Assembly: GCA_963845755.1 (NCBI GenBank)
Contig: CAWJTV010000011.1
Span: forward strand, 1,344,001 to 1,408,000
Direction: 5' to 3'
DNA: 64,000 nt
DNA from: an uncultured Planctomycetota bacterium
GTDB lineage: Bacteria > Planctomycetota > Planctomycetia > Isosphaerales > Isosphaeraceae
Made by a program: the position numbers and the translations under genes. A model generated the notes under the pieces. It was not told where the DNA came from. It searched no databases and was given only the letters and a program-made list of their open reading frames with translations. Positions 46,965 through 55,699 of this stretch are shown piece after piece (positions within the stretch are counted from its first letter, which is position 1; each line of letters begins with the position of its first letter).

Positions 46965-48563
46965 TCAGTGAGTCAAGTCGCCCGGCTGGATCTCGATGGT
47001 CGCGTGGATATCTACTCCATCAGGGGACAATCGGGCAGAGACGTCGCGCCGACCCTCCACGCGCTGTCCCGGAACGACGAGCCAGTTCACCTGGGTATAG
47101 CCGGCGGTCGCGGCGGCGGCGACGGGCATCGCGGCCGTATGTCCGCCGGCGAGGGCCAGGCCCTCGGGGAGCGTAAGCGTGACCGACTGCCCCGCGCGGG
47201 GGTTGCGCACCAGGGCCGAGACCCAGAACGGCTTTCCCGATCGGAACGGGCCGCGGGGCACGAGCGAGAGTTGGACGTCGGGCGGCTGGACCCTCAGCGT
47301 CTGCCGTTCGGTGACCGTGCCGGGCTCGAGCGCGGCCTGGACCTCGGCATCCCCGATCAATCCCGGCGCGATCTCGACGAGCCAGCTCAATTGCGTATAC
47401 GCGCCCGAGCCTTCCACCGGCTGCGAGAGCGATTCGGGACGACGCGCCGTCAGGCCGGCCGGCAGCGTGATCTGGACCGTTTGGCCGCGGTGGGGGTTGT
47501 TCACCAGCGCGACCAGCCAGAACGACGAGCCCGCCCGGATCGGGCCGCCGGCCGTCAGGCTCAACCGGGCGTTCCGGGTCGCCGTGCTCGAGATCGTCCC
47601 CAGGCCGTAGGAGAACCCCAACGCCCGGGTGTGGCCCGGCTCGAGCGCCGTCGTTGCGTAGTAGAGTCCCGCCGCCGTGTCGTTGCCGAAAGGCATGTGC
47701 CGATCGTAGTTCCACGCGGCGTTCTCCCCTGGCCAGTGCGAGAGCAAGAGCTCGCCCGGACGCTCCTCCCCCTCGGCAGGGACCAGGTTGATGTTGACGA
47801 TCACGCCGGGACTCGCAGGGATGGGCCGCTCCAGCGACTGGACGAAGTCGGGTACCTCGCTGCCCTCGACGACCAGAGGGCCGGTGACGAGCCCGTCGCG
47901 GCCCGGCACGATGAACGGGACGCCGTCGTTGTCGCCGATCAACGTATCCAGCATCGCGCGAAGGCCCACCTGACGGGTCGTCACGCCCGTGTTCCGCAGC
48001 TCGTAGGTCACTCGGAGCGTGTCCATGCGCTGGGAGACATCGCCGGCGACGAGCCGAAGCGTCTGACGGACCAGGATGTCCCGGAACGACCACGCCATGA
48101 CGATCGCACCGTCGGCCTCGGTATGCCAGGGTTCGACGGTCTCACCCTCGGAATCGCCGAAAATGGGCGCCCGGCCGTCGACCATCAGCCGCGTGTTGTT
48201 CGTCTGCCCGTCCGGGCTGTATGTGAGTCGTTTATCGTCGTCGGACGGATCGTCCGGATTACCCGTCAGGCAGCTCAGGCCGAACCGGCCGTCAGGCGTC
48301 CGTTTCACGATCACCCGGGGAGTCGGGTCGACCACGCGAGCGGGCGGCGGTGGTGGAGGGGGTGGCGGTGGAGGGGGAGGCGCGAGGGCGACGTCCGGTT
48401 CCGCTTGCGGAGCCGGCGGGGGCGGTGGAGTTCCCGAATCCATCAGATAGACGACGCCAAGGACGACCGTCAGCGCGACCGCGACAATCCCATCGGCCAT
48501 GAACCGCCACGAGGACGGTCGCGCGGTCGCCGGGTCGTTGATGTCGTCTGCCGTCGTCGTCAT
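46965..48563 (-). CDS. Membrane-anchored beta-rich protein with poly-Pro linker and two C-terminal Ig-like repeats
   Basis: Intact 532-aa ORF; signal anchor; QVGLRAMLDTLIGDNDGVPF; two repeats L.L...GP.R.G..FW..ALV.NP..GQ.V..TLP.GL...YTQ..WLV. Confidence 0.8.
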   Translation of the reverse strand: MTTTADDINDPATARPSSWRFMADGIVAVALTVVLGVVYLMDSGTPPPPPAPQAEPDVALAPPPPPPPPPPPPPARVVDPTPRVIVKRTPDGRFGLSCLTGNPDDPSDDDKRLTYSPDGQTNNTRLMVDGRAPIFGDSEGETVEPWHTEADGAIVMAWSFRDILVRQTLRLVAGDVSQRMDTLRVTYELRNTGVTTRQVGLRAMLDTLIGDNDGVPFIVPGRDGLVTGPLVVEGSEVPDFVQSLERPIPASPGVIVNINLVPAEGEERPGELLLSHWPGENAAWNYDRHMPFGNDTAAGLYYATTALEPGHTRALGFSYGLGTISSTATRNARLSLTAGGPIRAGSSFWLVALVNNPHRGQTVQITLPAGLTARRPESLSQPVEGSGAYTQLSWLVEIAPGLIGDAEVQAALEPGTVTERQTLRVQPPDVQLSLVPRGPFRSGKPFWVSALVRNPRAGQSVTLTLPEGLALAGGHTAAMPVAAAATAGYTQVNWLVVPGQRVEGRRDVSARLSPDGVDIHATIEIQPGDLTH

Positions 48564-48616
48564 CGTGAGCCTCCGATCCCGCCCTTACTCCGCGCCCGCC
48601 GCGGTTCCCGGGAGGG

Positions 48617-51076
48617 TCAGCGCGCAATCTCGGTGTTAGAGACCATCTCGTCGAGGGTTCGGCGGAGGTCCACCTGGAAATTCACGAGAGCGCCGCTGCG
48701 CTCGGCAAACTGTGGCGACGCAGTCGTCGGTTCCAGCGAGTGGACTCGCCCGAGGTCGCGCTGGGCGAGCGCCGCGTTGCCCGTGAGATGGTGGTAGGCT
48801 CCGCGCAGGTACCAGGTTACGGAACTGGACGGATTGAGAAAAATCGCCTCGTCGAGGTCCTTGATCTTGAAGTTGGTCAGATTGTTCGCAATCAGGGCCG
48901 CGATCGCTTTGCTCACGATACGCTCCGAAACGACGGCATCCTGCTGCTGCCACCTGAGGTGGGGCGTGTCGAGCTTCAGGCCGGTTTCGCTGCCGATCAG
49001 CTTGCGGATCAAGTCCTCCAGGTTCTTGAGGTCCCGCTTGCCTCCCGAAGCGCGGCCATCCAGCACGAGCGCGGACGCGTCATTGTAGTAGGCACGCTCC
49101 AGGATCACGCCATTGGCCTCGGGGTAGTATGCGAGCTGATTGGAGAGGCGCTCGAGGAGCGCGCGCAGTGGGAAAACGGCGAACGTGCCGGCTCGCACTC
49201 GCACGGCGGCCGGCGGCGACAGATCGGGCCAGGCTTGGGCCGCGGCCTTGCCGGCGAGGGGGACCACGCCCTGGGCTTGCCCCTCATGGTCTTGACGGCC
49301 GGAGAGGACGAGGACGTTCTCTTCGTCGAAGATGCCCCGCTCGACCAATACCCCGTCGAGCGCCGGGTCGCGCACCACCAGTTTGCGAAGCTCGGCCACG
49401 AGGCGGTTCGGGCGTGACGTGATCTGTTTCACGACGGGGGCGCCTACCGTCTTGAGGAGCTCGTCCTCCTTCAGCCAGGCTTCGAGTCGCGCCTCGACGC
49501 TGCCCTGGGAACCCGCGATCGTCGCCCCTTGCAGGACCAGCTCGGGAGCCAGGTCAGGACCCTCGGCCGCGCGGAAGAAGAGGCGGTCGAGACTGGTTTC
49601 GTCGAATTCTGCGGCGATCTTCCCGCGAAGAACCCGGAGCGACCGATCGGTCGGGGTTGTTTTCAACCGGAAGGTAGGTGGGCCGCCGACCTTGCCTCGG
49701 GTTTTCTTGGCCAGGGCGGGCGTGAGTATGTCGGCGAGTCGCTCGGACTGCGCCGGACCCAACCACAGGCCTTCGAACGTCGTCTCACCCTGAGGGCCGA
49801 ACGTCAAGTCCTTAAGGAAGACGCCATCGAGCGCCGGATCGGCCGCGACGTTCGCCTGGAGGTCCCGCACGGGGTTGGGCAGCTCGGTCACGCCGTTCTG
49901 CGCGGCGTAATCCGGGGCCGGGGGCGGAAACAAGAGCCGACTCTCCTTCCGTAGCGGCCCGGTGACCGCATCCGAGCCGGAATCGCCAGCCCCCAGGATC
50001 ACGCCTTCGAACCGAAGCTGAAGTCCACCTCCCCGTTCCGGATAGATGAAGACGGCGCGGTCCAACCGGCAGTAGCGGAGCGCTTCAGTCGCCGTGTCGC
50101 GGTTCGAATCCGCGGCGAATCGCTGCTGAAGGCCGGAAAGCAGTGTCTTGCGCCAGGGCCCGACCACCATCGAGGCGACCGCGGTCGCCGGCTCGGCGGG
50201 CGGCTTGCCGCCGGGCCGAGCGTAGGCCGTCACGAACTCCGGGCGCGCGAGGAACGCCGCGGCCGCGGCGCGCTGATTCTCGTCGGCGAGCAAGCCGTCG
50301 AGCGTCAACAGTCCCTCGGCGTCGAACCGGGCGTCATAGAAGAGCAGGTCGTCGAGCTGTGACTCGTTCGCCAACCGCTGGAGCCTCCGGACCGGGTTCT
50401 CCTGGAAGGCGACCTCGCTGGCCGAGAGGTGGCCAAGAGCATCGGGGTGAACTCCCTGGGGGAGTGCGTATCCTTTGAGGCGATCGCGGATGCCGTCCGC
50501 AATCCGCCCCAGCCAGTCGTCGGCCTGGGTCTTGCGAGCGACGTATGCGCTCTGATTGATGCAGAGGCCCACCACCCGAAGTCGCCCATTCCTATCATAA
50601 TAGACGTCGTCGATCCGAGTTTGCTGGAATAAATCCGGCCGGACTTTCCGATCGGCATTCGCCTTGGCGAATTCGCGGCGAAGTCTCGGCAGCAAGTCGC
50701 TCCGGACCGGGAATACAATCAGGTTCGCTGCGCTTACGCCCCCGGGGATCTGGGCCTTCCAGGCGGGTGTGTCATCCAGCAACTGCCTGGCCTCGGCCTC
50801 GATCAAGCCCGCCTGCTCGGCTCGGTCGACCGTGCCTGCGAGTATCAGCGTCCCATCCTTCAGTTCGCCCGGCTGGACGAGGGCCCCGCGCAGCCCGTCC
50901 TTCGACTCGCAGGCCAACTTGAGACGCGCGACGATCTGCCGGACGGCGGCCGGGGCCGACGATGCGGCCGCGTCCTGCCCGGGCGCATCATGCTGCGGAC
51001 TGAGGAGCACCAGACCCGCAATGACGACGGCCCAGGCGGCTCGCAATCGGGATCGTCTACCGTTGATCATGGCCAT
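48617..51076 (-). CDS. Secreted protein with about 8 BON-like repeats and a C-terminal TPR
   Basis: GGAGG upstream; signal peptide; recurring (L/I)(D/E)...(F/Y)D..G.L.L.G units; LDEAIFLNPSSSVTWYLRG. Confidence 0.7.
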   Translation of the reverse strand: MAMINGRRSRLRAAWAVVIAGLVLLSPQHDAPGQDAAASSAPAAVRQIVARLKLACESKDGLRGALVQPGELKDGTLILAGTVDRAEQAGLIEAEARQLLDDTPAWKAQIPGGVSAANLIVFPVRSDLLPRLRREFAKANADRKVRPDLFQQTRIDDVYYDRNGRLRVVGLCINQSAYVARKTQADDWLGRIADGIRDRLKGYALPQGVHPDALGHLSASEVAFQENPVRRLQRLANESQLDDLLFYDARFDAEGLLTLDGLLADENQRAAAAAFLARPEFVTAYARPGGKPPAEPATAVASMVVGPWRKTLLSGLQQRFAADSNRDTATEALRYCRLDRAVFIYPERGGGLQLRFEGVILGAGDSGSDAVTGPLRKESRLLFPPPAPDYAAQNGVTELPNPVRDLQANVAADPALDGVFLKDLTFGPQGETTFEGLWLGPAQSERLADILTPALAKKTRGKVGGPPTFRLKTTPTDRSLRVLRGKIAAEFDETSLDRLFFRAAEGPDLAPELVLQGATIAGSQGSVEARLEAWLKEDELLKTVGAPVVKQITSRPNRLVAELRKLVVRDPALDGVLVERGIFDEENVLVLSGRQDHEGQAQGVVPLAGKAAAQAWPDLSPPAAVRVRAGTFAVFPLRALLERLSNQLAYYPEANGVILERAYYNDASALVLDGRASGGKRDLKNLEDLIRKLIGSETGLKLDTPHLRWQQQDAVVSERIVSKAIAALIANNLTNFKIKDLDEAIFLNPSSSVTWYLRGAYHHLTGNAALAQRDLGRVHSLEPTTASPQFAERSGALVNFQVDLRRTLDEMVSNTEIAR

Positions 51077-51108
51077 CCTCCGGGGAAGTTCGCGAGTGTG
51101 TCGCGTGC

Positions 51109-53116
51109 TCAGTTCGTGCGTAAAGCGCCCGAGAGCCGCGCGCCTGAGAACAGGTGGAAGAACAGGTGAAGTAACCCGGGTCCCGTTTCATTTGTATTTA
51201 TTAAATTTATAATATTCTTCAAAGTTAACATTGAAATCGAACCATGGGCAACCCGTTCGTGGGCCGTTATCGCTTCGTCCGGCCCGTCTTCCGGACCGGC
51301 CGGTGCGACGGATCCGGTCGATGATTCCGGCTCGGCCGTGGCGGCCGCTGGCTCGACCGGCGGGGCGTTCCCTTCCGTGAGGGCGTCGGCCGCTCCTGGC
51401 GGTTCCGGCTCCTCGGGGGATTCGGGGACGCGTTCGGGCTCCGACTCTCCGGATTCATCGGTGGGGAGCGTCGGCAGGCGCAGGACCAGGAGCGTACAAT
51501 CGTCGTTGACGATGGCGTCCTGATCGCGGAGCGCCTCGATCTCCTGTCGCCAGGTCTCCTGGTCAACGTCCCAGAGACGGCCCCAATCGGGGGGCGTCCC
51601 GGACTCGATCTCGACTAGCAGCCGCTGGGCCATCGCGTCGGTCGCGAAGACCAACAGATCGTCGGGTAGCAGGTCGCCCCGGGTCACGGCTGCCGGCGGC
51701 GTCGGTCGCATCGCTTTCGATTGATAGAGCAGGGGGGTCACGTTGAAGTCGGCCGATGCGCCGATCGGGAAGGCTGCGATCATGCGTCCGTCACGGATGT
51801 GGAACATGCAGATGTCGCCCACCACCCACGCCGTCCAGCCGATCGCGCCGGCCGGGTCATTTCCGTCTCGATCGACCGGGGGCGAATCGAGGCGGAAGCC
51901 CAGGAACGTGGCCGCGCCGCACGATCGATCGATCTTCAACTGGATCGACCACCGCTGTTCCGGATACCGGACCGCCTCGAACCAGGCCCGGCGCCGCTCC
52001 TGGATCCACGGATCGACCGCCGCCATGTCGTCGAGGGCCACTCGGCTGCGCGAGGAAGCTCTTCAAGAGGAGCTCTACCCAGAGCTTGGTGAAGATGCCG
52101 TCGCTGGCTCCGTCGGCCAGGGCGAGCACGCCTCCGGCCGCGTCCGGGGCGAAGCCGTCTTCCCACTCCTTTTCGTCATTGCCGCGCTTCGGCATCCAGA
52201 GCGCGCGGATCTCGAACCGGGGCGGCCCCGCCGGTTCGGGCGCGGGGATTTCGGGTGCCGGCTCGCTCTCCGGTGCCGGCTCGGGTCCGGGTTCGGCCGT
52301 CACCTGCACCGCGGACTCCTCGACTTCCGCGGGAGGCGGTTCCGGGACGGGCGGAGGCGGCGCCACGTGCGACCAGAGCCGACGGACGAACTGGCCGATG
52401 CCGCGCGCGGCGGAGAGCTTGTTGACGAACATCCAACGCGGTGGCGGAGTGCCCGGTTCGGCGGCTCCGTCGGTGGGGTAGGGACTGCTCATGGCCCAGA
52501 GGTCACCACAAGGGCTTTCGGGGACCGGAACGAACGCCGAGGAGGTGGCTCCGCGGCGGAATAAACAATGCACCATCACGACCCCGGGGATCAGGTCGTT
52601 CAGGGCCGCGACATCACCGCCGATCGGCCCATCGGACGTGTCGCCATCGGTGCAATGGACGATGATCGGCGGGGCCGCTCCGGGGTGCTCGGCGGTCCAG
52701 CGAGCGAGCAAGCGGCTCGTGTAGACCAGGGCCGCGTGCGCCGGGGCGTTGCCCGAGGGCTTGACCTCGATCCTCACAGGTCGGCGGTTCCCGTCCGAGG
52801 CCGTGATCGACCCGGCGAGCTCGCGGAGCGGAACGAGGAGGCGGTCGGGCCCCGAGCCCGGCAAGAGCGGGCGAAGCCGTTGCTTGCCGTCTGCCTTGGT
52901 GGAGTAGGCTAACACACCCAGCTCGAAGCACGTTGAATCGATCGCGGGCTCTCCCGCGAACCGGACCAGATCGTTGATGAGCCGGTCCACGGTCCGTTGC
53001 GCCGCGGCGATCTTGGTCGCCAACGGGCCCGTGTAGGCCGTGTCGCGCATCGAGTCCGAGGCCTGGATCAGGCAGATCAGGCAACCGGTTGCGAGGCGAG
53101 CTGGGACTTCGTCCAT
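51109..53116 (-). CDS. vWA (TerY-like, degenerate MIDAS) fused through a Pro/Glu linker to a PP2C-like phosphatase; frameshift near 52045
   Basis: CLICLIQASDSM, FELGVLAY, PPIIVHCTDG; then PKRGND..EWEDG, LALADGASDG..KLW, GAATFLG, VGDICMFH, FATDAMA, VNDDCTLL. Confidence 0.82.
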
Positions 53117-53193
53117 CGGGAGACCTCGTCGCTTCCCCGCATCGTGACACCCCCGAGCGGGCCGGGCAGGGTCTGCTCGGGGGACAGCCTGGC

Positions 53194-54129
53194 TCAATAG
53201 TGGAGCGGAGACGTCGGCGCGGACGATTCGGTCGCGACGGGCGCGGCCTGCTGGGCACCGATTGTCCCCATCTGGATCAGCATGAGCATCTGCGCCCCGT
53301 CGGCATTGAAGACCATGCCGCGCGCGCCGGGGCTACAGAGGACTCCCTTCGACTCGGCCACGCCGCGCGTCTTGTCGGGCAGCTCGCTCGACATCCGGAA
53401 CAGGACCTTCGCCAGCTCATCTGCCAGGATGTGCTCGCTGCTGGGAAACACGACCGAGCTGGCCTGCGACTCCGAGAGATGGCAGTTGAACATGAGCAAC
53501 TCGCCGTCTTCGGTCGAGAGCGACTTGAGCGCGTCGGCGAACGGTACGGGGTCGCCGTCATTCGACTCGCCGTCGGTCAGATGGATGACCACGGGTGGGA
53601 AGCTACTCGGGTGGCTGGCGCACCACGTCTCGGCGATATTGTACACGTAATTGATAGCGGCGCACATCGGCGTGCCGCTCATCGCACCCTCGGCCGGCTT
53701 GCGATACCAGACCGGCAATTTGAACGAGGTGCTGATCAGGCCGCCCGCGCCGTCATCCACCATCTTCTGGCGTTCCTCGACCGCCAGCGGGTCGTCGAAC
53801 AGATCGCTCACGCTGACGAGGTCGCGGCCGGTGAGCGTGCCATTCTCCCCCGCGAGCACGGGGCCGATCATCGCGTTGGGCGGATCGTTCCGGTCGGTCG
53901 TGTAACCGATGACGCCGACATCGAAGTAGTTGCGCGGCTTGTCCTCACCCTTCTCGCAGAGGGTGATGAGGTCGGCGATGAATCGGTTGATCCCGGTCGC
54001 CAGCGCATCGATCTTGGGCCGAGGGCTGCCGGCGATCCCGTTGTTCATCGAATAGGACTGGTCGAGCAGGAAGATGATGCAGGCTGGGTTCGCACGCGAG
54101 GCGCTCTTTTCGTACTTTCCGCTGGGCAT
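53194..54129 (-). CDS. vWA domain protein, TerY-like
   Basis: SRANPACIIFLLDQSYSM (MIDAS DxSxS), YFDVGVIGY, GTPMCAA, PPVVIHLTDGES, LLMFNCHLS, LFRMSSELP. Confidence 0.9.
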   Translation of the reverse strand: MPSGKYEKSASRANPACIIFLLDQSYSMNNGIAGSPRPKIDALATGINRFIADLITLCEKGEDKPRNYFDVGVIGYTTDRNDPPNAMIGPVLAGENGTLTGRDLVSVSDLFDDPLAVEERQKMVDDGAGGLISTSFKLPVWYRKPAEGAMSGTPMCAAINYVYNIAETWCASHPSSFPPVVIHLTDGESNDGDPVPFADALKSLSTEDGELLMFNCHLSESQASSVVFPSSEHILADELAKVLFRMSSELPDKTRGVAESKGVLCSPGARGMVFNADGAQMLMLIQMGTIGAQQAAPVATESSAPTSPLHY

Positions 54130-54214
54130 CTCAGGGGCTCCTCGGGGTTCGCTCGTTCGGACGGACGGAAGTCGAGGAAGGACCGGCCTTCCTCGGTCAC
54201 GATCGCTGTCGATA

Positions 54215-55573
54215 TCACGGTTCAGGGGCGACGAACAGGTTAGGGTGCTGCTGCACGACCTTCAGGAGACGGTCGATCCGGTCGATCAGGGTCCGCCCGC
54301 CGGCTTTCGGGTCGACGCTTCGGACGAGATCTTCCTTGTGGGCCTCGCAGATGTCGCGGAGCTTCCGGAGCGACGTGTCGGACCATTGTTTGATCTGATT
54401 GCGTTCGGTGTTGAATGCCAGGACGGCATCACTATACTTGGTCCCCTTGATCGGCGCGATATTCTTGTCTTCGGGGAGGTTGCGGGTCTCACCCATCGGC
54501 AATTTGAAATAATCGATCTGATCGCGCGGGAGGGTGTACTCGTTGTCCTTCGGGTCGCTGAGCGGGATACTCTTTTCATTTTTCAAGACGACCGTGACCT
54601 TGTTTCGCGGGACCGGCTCGTCGCCGTTTCCGCCGTTCAGGAGCACATCGTCGTCGAGCGGCTCCGGCTTGAGGTAATCGCGGCAGAGCTCCTGGGCCAG
54701 CCTCCGGGCCGATTTCACGAACGGGGGCGGTGGGTGGTTCTCGACGAGTTTCGCGATTTCTTCCAGATGTTCGTCGCGGCGGGATGACGGCTCCTGGAGC
54801 CTTTTGACAACCTTGGCCGCAAGGTCCCAGAGCGCCAGCCGCTCGTTGGCCTCCTGGAGGTGGCCGGCCGCGAAGGCCCCCTTTGCGGCCCGGTGGCCTT
54901 CCACGAAGTCGCGATAGAGGCCCGCGACGGCAGCGGCGCTGGACAGCGTGTCGTCCGATGTGCCCGGCGACCAGTGGTCGAGGGCCGCGTAAAGTTTGTC
55001 GAGGTCACCCCGCGGATGTCCGTTGTCGAGCTTGGTCCACGCCGACTCGGCCTCGGCGGAGGCACGCAGTTCGGCGTTGTAGAGGTCCTGATCCTTGTAG
55101 ACCTTGAGCAGTTTGTCGAGTCCTTCGAGGGCCTCCTTGCGCTGGCTCTCCGGCTTGTCGCGATCGCGCACGCCTTCGAGCGCGTCCTTGATGTTGTTCT
55201 CGAGCCCGGTGACACCGAGCCGCTTCTCCTCGATCATCTTTCGATCATGCCCCCGGTCGATCACATGGTCCCGCACGGCCGAGACCAGGCGCTGCTGCAA
55301 CCCGCTCGTGTCGCCCCCCGCCTTGCCGAAGCCGGGCAGTGGGGGATCGAGCCGGACGATCGTTGCGGCCACGTCGTCGGGCAGGTTGACGATCGCGTCG
55401 GCATCTTTCTTGATCTTCTCCCGAGTCTTCACCGCCCTGTCGTGTTCGGGATCGTCGGTTTTCCGCGTCGACGCCTGGGACCTCGTCAATACGTCATAGA
55501 GCCGCCGGCTTTCCAGCCACGCGGTCCAGAACAGCGGAGCACAGAGGATCAGCATCAATACGGTCTTTCGCAT
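54215..55573 (-). CDS. Hypothetical helical/coiled-coil protein with N-terminal signal or anchor
   Basis: Intact 452-aa ORF co-directional with the operon; MRKTVLMLILCAPLFWTAWL; charged helical body. Confidence 0.72.
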   Translation of the reverse strand: MRKTVLMLILCAPLFWTAWLESRRLYDVLTRSQASTRKTDDPEHDRAVKTREKIKKDADAIVNLPDDVAATIVRLDPPLPGFGKAGGDTSGLQQRLVSAVRDHVIDRGHDRKMIEEKRLGVTGLENNIKDALEGVRDRDKPESQRKEALEGLDKLLKVYKDQDLYNAELRASAEAESAWTKLDNGHPRGDLDKLYAALDHWSPGTSDDTLSSAAAVAGLYRDFVEGHRAAKGAFAAGHLQEANERLALWDLAAKVVKRLQEPSSRRDEHLEEIAKLVENHPPPPFVKSARRLAQELCRDYLKPEPLDDDVLLNGGNGDEPVPRNKVTVVLKNEKSIPLSDPKDNEYTLPRDQIDYFKLPMGETRNLPEDKNIAPIKGTKYSDAVLAFNTERNQIKQWSDTSLRKLRDICEAHKEDLVRSVDPKAGGRTLIDRIDRLLKVVQQHPNLFVAPEP

Positions 55574-55699
55574 CGCGGTCCCGCCGATTGCGTGGTTTCG
55601 CCGACGTCACGTCGGTCGATCGAGGGAGTCAGTGCGTCATACGATTCCCGATTGGGACCAGTCTATCCGGCGCGATCGCCGAACGCGCTCCGTCTTATC

